A stretch of 62,288 nt of DNA, filler included, from Bipalium vagum (lineage: Eukaryota): the NCBI GenBank assembly GCA_037834085.1. It is 3 parts of 3 records of this genome, joined end to end, with 100 filler letters (N's around TTAATTAATTAA, not from the genome) between each part and the next. Parts side by side here need not be neighbours in the genome. Positions count along the whole stretch, not along the records: positions 43,202 to 62,288 come from JBBMKC010011136.1; 2 more parts are not named here. One strand, written 5' to 3'. The notes under the pieces were generated by a model. That model did not search any database. It was not told the DNA's origin and was given only the letters and a program-made list of their open reading frames with translations. The translations under genes were made by a program, and so were the position numbers. This document shows, piece after piece, positions 50,121-62,288 of the stretch (position 1 is its first letter; each line of letters opens with the position of its first letter).

Positions 50121-50639
50121 ATATTCAATATTTATATTATTTATTATTATTTATATTATATATATAATATTTTCTAATATTACGATAATTTAACTGTCAT
50201 CCTTAGACAATGCTGAACTAATGAAATTTTTAGTAATAGTTTTATCTAATAAAATATTATATAATGAAATATAATAAAATATTATTCAATGAAATATTAC
50301 ACAATACAATATATAAAAAAATATAATATAAAGAAATATAATATAATTTAATTACCAATTAAGTAACAATTTTTATTAACTGTCAGCAAAATTTATTTAT
50401 TACTGATTACATACACAACTTTTATCAGTTCTTCAGTCATTAATATTTGATATAATATATTTTAATCAATCAAATGAATTTCATTTTTAATGTTTAACGA
50501 AATTTTTTTGTAAATTAATAAAAATCGTTTACTTAAAAAATAAATCTATATTTTACAAGATTGAGAAATACTAATGATTTAACAAGACTTCTTAATTAAT
50601 AAAACATGTTATGCACAAAAAATAAATAAATTCTAATTA

Positions 50640-51360
50640 TTAAGTTGTTCGAAAAATAATGTCATTTTTTAATATAGAACTTTGGAAGTATATATTTTAA
50701 TAAAACAACACAGATAATCAAAATAAATTTCATTTGAATCAATATACTTTCGCCAAGTAACAAGTTTATTTATGCCATATGCATAAAAGTCCGTATCTCT
50801 GGTAGCGATGGAATTATTGAAGGCTTGTTTTGCATCGTCTTGATTTCTGAAACATGTATCCCTCAGAAAATTCTGCAGATGTTTAAAAAAAGTGATAATC
50901 AGTGGGCGAAAGGTCTGGTGAGTAAGCTGGATGAGGCAGGGTTTCGTATCCCAACTGGTTTAATTTTTGTAAGGACGAACGTGTAACATGCGATCGAACG
51001 TTGTCGTGCAAAAGAATCACTTCCTTTCTATTGACTAACACAGGTTGTTTTTTCTGAAGTTTCAAGTGCATCTCGTCGATTTGTGGAAAATATTTATCTA
51101 CTGTAATTGTTTCGCCCGGGTTTAAGAAACTGTGATGTGTGAGACCGGCTGCTGGCCACCATAACCTTCTTTTGATAAAATTTTGGTTTAGGCAAGTGTT
51201 GTGGAGCTTGATCATGATCTAACCATTGAGCTGAACGACGCCGGTTATCATACATAATCCACTTCTCGTCGCATGTCACAATACGGTCGAGAAAGGGATC
51301 AATATTGTTTCGCAAAAAGAGCGAAGAAGCAACTTCAAATCGATGATTTTTCTGTTTTTT
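50640..51360 (-). mobile_element. Mariner 3' two-thirds (frameshifted) with TIR
   Basis: [24 protein letters not shown]; LLHDNVRSH; HPAYSPDLSPTDYHFF. Confidence 0.95.
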
Positions 51361-51551
51361 ATTATTAATATTATTATATTATTATTATAGAATAATTACT
51401 CAATCAATTAACTCTTAGTTTGTTTATTGAATGGTTCTATTTTTTGTCAATAATTTCGAATGAATAAAATCAAGGATTTTATAAATGACCACTTTTGAAT
51501 ATGTTAATAGTGAAAAAATAAAAATTATCTCTTTATAATTCCTGCAATAAG

Positions 51552-51891
51552 CTTTTATTATTGGACAGCTTTATAGACTCATTGAGATTGGTTGTTCGGC
51601 TAAATAAATGAAGATTCTTTCGAAACTTATCCATAATCTTCTCACATGATATCAAGGAATCTGTTTTTTCTTGTGCTCCTTATGGTGGTTGTGCAAGTGA
51701 GCTTGTAAAGATTGATCAATATAAATGTTTATAATTCCCTTTAACGTCAGGTAACAATTGCAAGAATTTCAGGAAAAGATGAAGACGAAGCGTTTGCAAA
51801 TTCCAGGAGATTGAATGAATTAATAAATCTGGCTAAATATTTGGAAAAGGGATACAATAAAAGATGGGTTGATTTCTATAGAAGACGATAA
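51552..51891 (+). CDS. Terminal exons of an unidentified gene (51552-51590, 51657-51704, 51751-51891)
   Basis: Phase-0 GT-AG introns (66 and 46 nt) join LLLLDSFIDSLRL|ESVFSCAPYGGCASEL|VTIARISGKDEDEAFANSRRLNELINLAKYLEKGYNKRWVDFYRRR-TAA. Confidence 0.4.
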
Positions 51892-52499
51892 GGGTAAAAG
51901 ACATTGTGAAATATCCAATAAACCATGTTTAATTTATTGAAATGTTAAAATCGTTTTATATTTTCTATTTTGAATGATATTCCAAGGGATCCTTATAAGT
52001 TTTACTGTAAATTTGTTTGGGTTCTTTTCATCTAAAGGAGGAATATATAAAATTTGAGAGGTTAATTAATATTGTTATCATTCTTATTTGAAAAAATTGC
52101 TGATGATCCACACAAGTGTAAAGATCAAACCTGGGTTTTATTATAATAGATCTCTTGTTAATATTTAATAAAAACCTCATGGAAAATAATAAAATACATG
52201 TGAATAATATAAATTGTAATCTCTGGGACATTTTTACAAAAGTGAAGTGAATTTAGCTTTCCATAAATCAAAGGTTTAGTATAGTTTAATAACGTAATAT
52301 TATTAATTTTGTCTTAAGATTTCGAGAACAATATTTTAAGATTTAATTTTCTTTTGCAAAATAATTTTACAGGATTATTCCAAACCATAGCAACATGTAT
52401 TAATAGCATTAAGAAATTATCAAAAATAAACATAAGTTATCTATTAAATAAATGGCTCTTTTCGTCCAGCTTTTTCTAACCATAGCTCATATTATGATA

Positions 52500-53030
52500 G
52501 AAAGTAGCACATTAATCATTTAAATCATTATCAGTACCCACTATGTCCCACATGTGTTATTGCTTGATCAGAAGTTATTGTCCTTATACTTTTAAATCTT
52601 TCTTTTCTCATAAAAAGAGCTACTCTATTTGATTTAACTTTGGAGAATATGGTATCAAAAATTTATAAGTACTTCTGTTCTCTTAATACATTTTTAAAAA
52701 ATTTGATTATGAAACAATATTGTACATTATTAAAACTTTGGTAGGATTTTGAGTAAAAAATAGAACAAATTTTCCTATAATAAAATTATTGAAATACATT
52801 AAATTGTATGCTCCCGTCTTTATATTGTAAGCAATAACACCCTTGTTTGAAACTGCAAATAACAAAATATTATTAGTTCCTCTTTTTTAGGAACTGTTAC
52901 ATACGTCTTTTGATTAATTATTGAATAGCCAGAATGTCTTTTGGTATGATTGTTGAAATCAGTTTTATCCAAAAATATAAACTTATCAAGCAAGTGGGCG
53001 GGTGAATACTTTCCATTCAATATCTTTCAA
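52500..53030 (-). mobile_element. Tc1/IS630-type transposase fragment
   Basis: FIFLDKTDFNNHTKRHSGYS resembles ++F+DE.GFN....R.YGYS. Confidence 0.7.
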
Positions 53031-53039
53031 CATGCTTTT

Positions 53040-53985
53040 AACTGCTTTAGAAGTGTGAGATGTTGCGTTGTCATGTAAATGAATTACTTTGTCATGTTTA
53101 TTGACCCATTCTGAATTTTAACTATACTGGAATATTAAAGACTGATTCAGCTGGACTATTTGGTTTTGAAATCTTCCCGAATTAACACTTCCATCTTGTT
53201 TGAGAAACTCATGGTACATCACGCTTTGCTGATCCCACCAGACACAGGCCGTTGTTTAATTTCATAAGCGGTCTGGTCCTGCAGTTTGTTTAGATGGTTG
53301 ACATAAGTTAACCCATGCTTTCGTACGTTTGAGATTTTAAAAATCGATCCACTTTTTATCTCCTGTCAATAGTCGATGAAAGAAAGATTTTCTTTCGTGC
53401 CGTTGTAAGACCATGTCACTGATTACCTTTCGGTTTTCTAGTTGTTTTTCATTCAATTGATGAACCCACCATTTTCCATTCCTTAAAATCTTACCAATAT
53501 TATGTAAGCGCGCGCTTATTGCTTGCTGGATCATACCTAATCTTATGGCAAGTTGATTTTGCAATGACAGGCATCTTCATCCAATAATTTTTGTAAATCT
53601 TGGTTTTCAAAATTGGAAGGACTGTCTGGGCGTTCTTTATCCTTTACAATGAAATCATTAATTTTGAAGCGGTGAAACTAACACTCACATATATCCTGAG
53701 ATACTACATGTTTTCCATAAACATCACATAATATCTTGCAGTTTTGTTCATCATGAAGTAGTGAGTGAGAACTTCCCGCAAGTATTCTTTGTTTGGGGTA
53801 AATGCTGACATATTTAGATCTAGAAATTTTGAAGTTATTAACATATTATGAAAATTTAAATGATTACCCTATTAATTAGATATTATTCGAACAAATTGAT
53901 TCATATTTAAATTCACAATTATATTTCGATATTTCACTAAATCTATTTTAAATAAATCAGCATTATTGATTTGTACCCATTATAA
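53040..53985 (-). mobile_element. Mariner (Mos1-like) 5' portion, decayed
   Basis: MSAFTPNKEYLREVL; QQAISARLHNIGK...GKWWVHQL; FFHRLLTGDKKWI; HLHDNATSH. Confidence 0.92.
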
Positions 53986-54699
53986 ATTAAGGATTGTCAA
54001 TGTCAAATGTCAGATATAATAAAAGAATGCTATATTTAAAATATAAATTCTTTGTAAAAAATATTCTAAACGTGACACTTAAATTACATATTGATATGAT
54101 TTTGCATAACCCAAAATTGACTTAATTTTTTGTACACAAAATGATTTTTTTAAAATTCCAGACATTCTAAGTTAAATATAAAAGAATTGATTCAAGTCTT
54201 TTTGGAAAATAATTAATTAAATTCAAAATAATAATTTTTTAATTAATAAATTATATATTTAATATATTCTTTTTATACTATTTTCGGGCTAATATAACAT
54301 GAATTTATATGGCAAGATTTAAGTTTCTCCTAAATACAATGAAGTATGAAAAAAATTTTTATTACTTAAAATATCAAGTCAATAGTGTATCGATATTGCG
54401 GAACATAAATCATTTCAGAGGCGCTCTTGATGTTTGGCTAATGTATCAATAAGTATAAAAATTGAATTTCTTAAAAAGTTAAAAATGAATATTTAAAGTA
54501 ATATTATGATCTATCAGAACAATTATAAGAGGAAAAAAGGTTTGCATTTTCCTCGAGGACTACACTGTACACATGATAATGTGAACCAATATTATTTTAT
54601 ATTTTACAAGTTTACATATCATTATATTTATATATTTCTGAGATCTGTATTACTTCCATTGAACTTCATGACAGTGGTTTTCTACAAGATAATACAAGA

Positions 54700-54970
54700 T
54701 CGTATACCGCCAGTATAACTGATAAGTTTTCACAAGAACCAGAAGAGAGATAAACAATTTTACCAATATATTCAACAGACTTATCTCTTATTGAACATTT
54801 GTTGGATATCCTAGGTTGTCAAGACGGTCTTCTCTGGGTAATCCTAAAAAATCAACTTCAACAAACGTGAAACGACATACACCAAAGGGAAATAAATCTT
54901 CAAATTAATATTATTTCGAGAAGAATCCAAGATTTTGTTGTAAGACCCTGTGACATGACTCGCTATTGAA
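54700..54970 (+). mobile_element. Tc1 3' fragment
   Basis: PIYSTDLSLIEHLLDILG resembles P.SPDL.PIEH.WD.LG. Confidence 0.6.
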
Positions 54971-54989
54971 ATCTCAAAGCATTTTCAAT

Positions 54990-56960
54990 ATAAATTGTAA
55001 ATAAATTGTAATGGATCTGGTAGAAATTAAGCAAAACGCGGATGAGGGGTTTGCAACATTTGAGATTCGGGTCCTTAACCACTTAAACAACGTAATTGGT
55101 TCTGGATTATCACGGGAAGAGATGCTTACAGATTTCCTGCTAAAAGGGACAAGAAGTAAAGTAATCAAAGAAGTACTCATGACAAAATCAAATATTAAAG
55201 TGGAAGATATTAGAGGTTTAAGAAAACTTAATGAGATTAGGGAACAGAAACGTTCTCAGAATGGAATAGTGCGGGTAAACACATTCCGACACAGGTTTTA
55301 CACAGAGATGGTTCAGTATGGACAATATCTAAGATGACCAAATCTTCTGTTTATCTGGAGTCAAAACCAATCAGATTAGCATGGTGAGCTTTTTATAACA
55401 AGAGAATGAGACAATCTCACGATGCTAAGATGCCCGGGATTTTAGACTAAGTAGACATGAAACAATTTCCTTTGGTCAAAGAGAGCCCCAGCATATTCGA
55501 TGAAACAAATTGCTAGATGTAGGTGTTTACGACCACAAAGAGACGAACAGCTTTGATCAGGTCAGTGTCTTTATGTGATACATTTAAGAATGCACTGTCC
55601 ATTGAAGAATGTATGCTTAATATGTTGAAAGCAAGGACATCGTTTCCGGTCTTGTCCATTTTGGAAGAGGAACCCAAGATGCACGTAATTCAGTCTTGTG
55701 TATTTATGAAGAGATTGACGGAGTATATCAAGATAAAAGTTTAATAGACGACACTGATGATGATATACAAAAATTCCTCACATTTCGTCTGTGGGATCCA
55801 GCTAAAAACTCGAAGTGTAAAGGATTTACCGATGTTTAAGATGGTTGATAGTAGGCAGTGGAGTTTGGTAAACATATGTGGACAGATTTTTAAAATGTTA
55901 TGGGATTTTGGTGCTTTGATTACCGTGTTGAGTGACGAATGTTGGAAAAAGATAGGAAGTCCGGAATTGCCTTTGAGTAGACTGATGCTGAGCGGTGTCG
56001 ACAAGAGATGAAAGGATTTCAGGAGAGTAAATGCTATCACATGCAGATTCACTTTCTCGATGCCTGATATGAAGATGTTCTTGGACTGCTTTGCTAGTTC
56101 GAAGTATTATTTGGTCCAAGGATTTGGGACAAGTATACTACCAAGTTCCGTTGAGAGAGGTACTTATTTTGATAACGGATTTCAGTGCTAAACAGGAATT
56201 ATTTTTGTTTTAATCGAATGCTTTTGCTGAAAACAGTACCAATCACCTTTCAAAAGCTTATGCACGAGTTTGTTGGTGGCTAAATATTCAATGGTGTTCT
56301 TGATAACACTTTGATCATCAGTCCTACGGAAAAGGGACACGGTGAGATTTTAGTTTACGTACTTGGAAGACTAGCTAAAACAGGTTTGAAGTTGAATCCA
56401 ACGAAATTTAAATGTCATCAACATCAGTTGGTCTTTCTGGGTTACAGGGTTAGTGTGTACGGATTCCGAACAAACAAGCAAAAAGATTGAAGAGATATTG
56501 AAGGTCGAACCTCCTAGTTGTGAAACTAAATTGAGATCTTTTCGGGGGTTAACAAATTATTATAGACCTTTTATCGAAACATATGCATATATTGCTACTC
56601 CACTGTAAACCGCAATTTTTGGTGGAGAGAAAAAAACTACAATAGATAGACCAATGTCAGATGAGTTTTCAAAAATGAAAAAACAGATTATTCCAGGTTC
56701 AAATTTTGGATTTTCCTAGGAAGGATAGTGTTTTTGTTCTGGATACAGACGCTTGCCTACGTGTGATTTTGGCTTTTTTGAGTCAAATCATTGAAAAGAA
56801 GAGAGATGATTATCGCAAATGAGCTAGGACACTTATCATTACACGAGCTTGGATATTGTGTAACGAAGAAAGAATTACTGGCCTTATACTAATTTGTCCT
56901 GCATTTTAAACAATATGTGTATGGGAAAACATTTCATCGAACGCACGGACCACTGTATTA
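54990..56960 (+). mobile_element. Decayed Ty3/Gypsy gag-pro-RT-RNaseH
   Basis: gag ORF 55011-55337; LWDFGALITVLS (protease); LKLNPTKF, FLGYRVS, LRSFRGLTNYYRPFI; FVLDTDAC, VTKKELLA, RTDH. Confidence 0.92.
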
Positions 56961-57374
56961 AAAGATCAAAGAATGTTTCAAATCGAGCTGCTTTCTGTAG
57001 CTGGCCATTGAAATAGACTCAAACAAAAAATACGTTTTTTTGACGTAAGAAATTAAGCCAATTTAATGAAAACCGTTTTGTAGAAATTAATTTTTCTTTA
57101 CTTTTGAATAAGGTGTCTCTTCGTAGTGTTTGTATTTTAGTCCCCAAACTAGTCTCTTCTTTATCATGGCCGGTGTTAACTTATGCTTTATGGTTATACA
57201 ATTGTTTGTAAAATAATACTTGAGTCTATTTCAATGGCCAGGTACTGTAGTTTAAGGCATGTGAAACCCATTTTTCAATTTTTTCATTTTACCAATTTCA
57301 GATTGGGATGGATTTATTTCTACCAATGCTTCAACTCATTATTTTTTACCTTCGTCTCAGGTCGGCATAAATAA

Positions 57375-58353
57375 AGGACCCATTAATATTCGCCAAGCAC
57401 AGGAATGGTTTGCCAGATTCAAGTCTGGTGACTTCAATCTCAATGACCATGAAAGAAGTGGACGTCCACCAACGACTGACAACGCACTATTGGAAGAACT
57501 CATAAGTAGCGATCCACGATTAATGACTGAATAGATGTCAAAAACCTTCGGATGTAGTCCTACTACAGTTAAGACCCACTTACATATGATTGGAAAGTCA
57601 TATAAGGCAAGTGGCCGGGTACCCAATGAATTTACCGGGAAAAAAGCTGTTAGACTATCTGTTTGTCAATCACTGATTCTTAAGAACAATAGTGATGCGT
57701 TTCTTCAACTTATTGTCACGGGGGACGAAAAGTGGATTCAGTACATCCCAAAATACAAAAGCAATGGTTATTTGCAGGTGAAACCCCGAAACCAACACCA
57801 AAATCAAGTTTTCATCCTAAAAAAGCTATGCCTTGCATTTAGTGGGATTGTCGTGGGGTAATCTCTTGAGAATTTCTCGAATCAAATCAGCCAATTGATG
57901 GCAACAAATACTGTGATCAATTGGACAAATTAAATGAGAACTTGATTAAAATTCATCCAGCTTTAGTCAACAGAAAAGGTGTCATTTCTCATCGGGAAAA
58001 TGATCTCGAAGATCACATCTAAAAAATTAAAGGCTTAGGATGGGAAGTTATGGCTCACCCACCATATAGCCCAGACATGGCTCCAACAGATTTTCACCTC
58101 TTCAGATCTTTGCAGCACTTCTTGTCTGGAAAAAGATTTCAAAATGAAGATCAGATCAAAAAGGAGATCCAATAATTTATTGTCTATAAATCTTCTTCGT
58201 TCTTTGAAAAATGGATGAAATGCTTGGTTGACAAGTGGCAGACTACAGTAAAAAAATAGCGATTATGTGATTGATTTATGATAAATTTAAATGTAAAAAT
58301 TTGTTAAATAAAATTTTGTGAAAAAAACCGAGGTTACTTTCAGGCTTACCTAA
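57375..58353 (+). mobile_element. Mariner element lacking its 5' end, with 3' TIR
   Basis: QEWFARFKSGDFNLNDHERSGRP; IVTGDEKWI; HPPYSPDMAPTDFHLFRSLQHFL; ends ...ttacctaa|TA. Confidence 0.95.
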
Positions 58354-58354
58354 T

Positions 58355-60450
58355 ATTTTGAATCAGCCAATCCAATAGCATTTTCATATTTTCCATAGAA
58401 AAATTAAATATTTCTGTGATAATATTTGCTCGTCTGAAATCAATGCATTTTCTTATTGAGCCATCCTTTTTGCCTATATGGAAAATTATGTTTTTTTGCA
58501 TTTATTTAGAACTACTGTTGATAATATCTGTGAAACCATTTTATCAATTTTTGATTCCAGATGCATCGATGGTCTTCTTAGTTTTGTGCAATGGGTGAGC
58601 CCATTTCTCTTATATCATATTGAAATAACCTTGTGTAACCTATGTCAAATGTTGATGCCATAAATATTTTTCCGTATCGATTTAACAAGTTAAGTAATCA
58701 CACAGTATTCCTATTTTTGAAAACTTCCATAGTTTCGCTCTCTTGTTATCAATAAATTGCTTTGATATATCAGTAGCTTCAATGTTATTGACATCACATA
58801 ATTTAATTCCAAAATTTTCATAGTGTATAGCCTCCAATAAAATATGGTTTTAATCTTCAAAAAATTATTTCGACTTTCTTTATCTTTCCGTTCCATGCAA
58901 TATTAGCGATAAACGATTTAAATGACTTTTCTCCGTTCGTGGAAAACACTCCACTCAATACAATATCACTCGTTAATAATTGTGGTCTTCCAAGTTTGTT
59001 CTTGTATTTTTCACTCAATGCAAACCCCCCAGAATCCTATAACATTTGAATTTTCACATCATCAATCACAAATAAACTTCACTGCCTTCCATCAGATGTC
59101 TGAAACAGATCAACATCTTGTACACTTCGGTTTGTTAGTAAATTTAATGACTTAATCTCACTGATGAAATTCCATTCGTTTTATTGGTTATCAGTGGTTA
59201 CAGTGTTGTTGGGGTTAGTATTAATGCAGTTATATTTGTTGCATGTTGTATGTTACTGCGTATACAGGGTATGTTGTGGATCTAAGCCATGACCGATGAA
59301 AAACTGGCTAAGATGTATAAAAAATGAGTAATATGAGAAATTTTGTTTTTTCATAAGTTATTCGACAGACAAGAAGTGTTCGTGAATAATGTCCACAGAT
59401 TCTTCATGAATGCACATCACTGATCTCAAAAATTGTTTGGGCATCGATTCCAACATTAAATACAAGCGAAAAGAATGACATTGTTTTCAAAAAATTAACC
59501 ATTGTTCTTCACTGGGCAATGCAGTCTCAGTTAATTATGAGATTAATAACAGAAACACTGACCGGATCAAAGGTATTCATATTTTTGTGCTGGAAAACCT
59601 CTGCATCTCTTATGCAGACATCTAGCAATGCATTTGATTGAATAAATTGACATTTTTTCTAACCTGGGTAAACATCTTCTCGTCCGCTAAGCCGTCATAA
59701 ACTGCTTTCCCAATGAAGCTCAACATGTGATTCATTCAGAATCGAAGAACTTGATTTTGTATTTTAGTTAAGATTCTCAATGATTCGTCCATACCTTGGA
59801 ATATTGATTTGTTGTCTATGATGTTTTCCACCAGATAAATCTTTCTAGGCTACATTTACATAGTTTCTTCTTTGTACAGTATTTACTGGTGATTCCTTCA
59901 TTAGTTCTTTCTGTTTCATCGTTTCATATAATTTAGCCAAAATTTTAATATCCTCTAGTCGCTTTTGTGTGTAGTTATTAGGGCTTCTCTGATACTCGCA
60001 TATTTAGCCCCCGCTTTGAAAAAAAATCTTTCACTATTTCTTCTATGGTCATACTGGAATCCAGAAGAGAATCCATAAATTCCAAACTCGGATTTCGAAA
60101 GTTGTAAAGTTTTTACTTCTGCATTTTACTTCACTTCTCTCAATTTCACAAGTAGATCGGTAAAAGACTTTTGTTTTACTATGAATGTATCAGTAGACCA
60201 GATTTTCGCATCCTCTTTAGTTGTGCTCTCTGATTTAAAATTTCGACACAAAATTGCTACTTCTTCGGACAGTAAAAGGTCAAGAACTCAACTCATTAAT
60301 ATTCAACCAATCTTCGATATCCTTTAACCACTGCTCAGCTTCGGTCATTGTACTTGCGAATCTGGAAGTTCAAAAGTTCTCGAGACTTCTTCGGTAAAGC
60401 CTCAATAATAATCTTCTTCTGTTGTCTTGTAACAACAGTCACATTTTCAA
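58355..60450 (-). mobile_element. Second decayed Gypsy (gag-pro-RT start), related to 54990-56960
   Basis: TTFEIRV...EEIVKDFF aligns with the 55011 gag (ATFEIRV...EEMLTDFL); ML*DSG (protease); KKDGSIRKCIDFRRAN (RT). Confidence 0.85.
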
Positions 60451-62172
60451 TATATTGCCAGTAAAGTCTATTTAAAAAACATCACTAATCAAAATTATTT
60501 ATTAATTAAAACAAATTGCAAATGTCATAACTAAATATTTTTGATACAAAAATAAAAATAAAAACAGTAAAGAAATTAATAATAATAATAATAATTAATT
60601 ATTAATTAAAATAATTTATTTTATTATTTTTCCAATATTCTTATTAATCATAAGTAACTCTTTACTTTTATCCTTTTTATCTTCAATTTCCTAACATTAT
60701 AATATCAAGAAAATATAATCATTGTTTAATAATGCCCGACATTAAAATCAATGTGCTTATCATGAGTACATAATTATTTGTTAAATAAAACAAATTTATT
60801 TCGAAAATTGCTTAAGCTCCAGTATTAAAAATCCAATAAAAGCCATTAAAATTTTCTAGGGGCTTAATTTTATTATTACTTATCTTTGGGGGAAAAATCA
60901 ATTTGAAAAAATAATTACAATTAAAAAAGAATTCGGCGGCATGTGGAGCTGGATGAAATGTATACTATTGAAAGATCAATGGAGAAAAATCCACGAACAT
61001 GGAAAACGGAGCAATTAAAATATTATTTAGATTACTTAATGTTTTATTACTGTTTTGAAAAATCCAGGAAATAATTAAAGGTTTTTACAAAAAGAGGAAA
61101 ATTTCAAATGTTCTTGAAAAGAAGCGGAAACAAACTCAAATATATATGTAAAGGAAAATCATTCATTTATGCATCACTTTAGATCTTGGAATTAACGAAC
61201 ACTCTTCCGATGATCGCATTGATAATTTTCTAAACCGGAAAATCGCAAAAAATATTATTTAAAATTAAATTATTATTATTATTAATATATAAAATGCAAG
61301 AAAATTTTGCATCTGCTTCTCCGGAAAGAATTGAATTTTATTTTGGATAAATTGTGATAAATATAAAACATATTTCTTGGTTATAATAATTGTAATTTAA
61401 GTACTTTTTATTAATAGCGTGATTTACGTGTGTATGGTGGTATTCAAGTAAATCACATACGAGTGCCAGCTGAGTACTGTAATATAGGAAAATCTGGCCT
61501 ATTTTTAGTCGCTCCTTCTAATAGACTTCGAGTGTATCCATTAATTAACACCTTTCCTGTAAAAACCCAATTGATTGTAAAAGGCTTCTTCCCTTAATAT
61601 TATTATAATAAATTGATATTGGTACACTGAAGTCACTAAAGATAATCAGAACGACTTACCAGTTTATAAGTAATACTTTTATTTCTTATATGAATTTATT
61701 GAAAAAACATTATATAACATTATAATAATAAGTTAAAAATCAGATATGATGTCATTAGGTTGGTAAATAATGATTATCGTTTACCTCAAGGTTGAGTTTT
61801 AATGTGAAATGAACAAATTTGTTGATATTCTCATGTTAGCCTGGAAGCTGGGTTGAATTCCAGTTGAGACGCAATCTGAAGCTATTTGATTGATCTAAAT
61901 TGACGAATACTCTGATATCCTCACTGCTGGTATCCCTCTTTTTAGTTTGGGTCTGATGAATTCGTCAAAAAAAACAAAGACTTAGCAAACAATCAAAGAG
62001 GTGAAGTTATTGGAACTCAATCAAATTGAAGAAAAATAATTTTATGATGTGTATTGTCGTAACTTAAATAAAGCGCTGTAAATTAAAAATTAATTTGTTA
62101 AAATGCTACCATATTTAATATCATATTGTATGCCAATTTAAACATTGCATTCAGATCTGTAATTTGGTAATA

Positions 62173-62288
62173 TTAGGGTGTCCCATAAAAAATGAGCGTT
62201 TTTAACAAACAGACATAAATTAAAGAAAATATGTTCTTGAATTAATAAATATAAAACATTGATTATTTATTTTGAATATTTAAAATTT
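62173..62288. mobile_element. Tc1/mariner TIR at window edge
   Basis: TA|ttagggtgtcccataaaaaatg resembles a Tc1/mariner terminus. Confidence 0.55.

Noticed and set aside
1-62288. CRISPR arrays, rRNA, tRNA or prokaryotic operons
   Set aside because: No repeat-spacer arrays or recognisable structural RNA genes; the sequence is intron-containing eukaryotic DNA.

Overview
Eukaryotic, probably animal, AT-rich DNA. The window is not one locus: three sequences (1-25865, 25966-43101, 43202-62288) are joined by artificial 100-bp spacers (N44-TTAATTAATTAA-N44), and there is a 306-N gap at 19776-20081. Introns are very short (22-66 nt), which suggests a compact parasite genome such as a dicyemid or myxozoan (inference only). 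Segment 1 is visibly more GC-rich. It holds the eIF5A 3' end and a set of inverted local duplications: two intact secreted genes (signal peptide + PAN/apple domain + TCAF-N-like domain) whose second exon is hypervariable, further decayed PAN-like paralogs, two SMIM4/UQCC5 coding exons with no usable upstream ATG, and a decayed EGF/laminin-G gene. Segments 2-3 are mostly decayed transposons (mariner, Tc1/IS630, maT, pogo/Tigger, hAT, Merlin, REL-type non-LTR, Gypsy). They also contain the 5' exons of threonine dehydrogenase, a decayed Polinton/Maverick virion module (protease and minor capsid), an orphan ORF with one in-frame TAG, and a probable Cys-loop channel pseudogene. All homology calls come from manual translation and remembered motifs; no database search was run.
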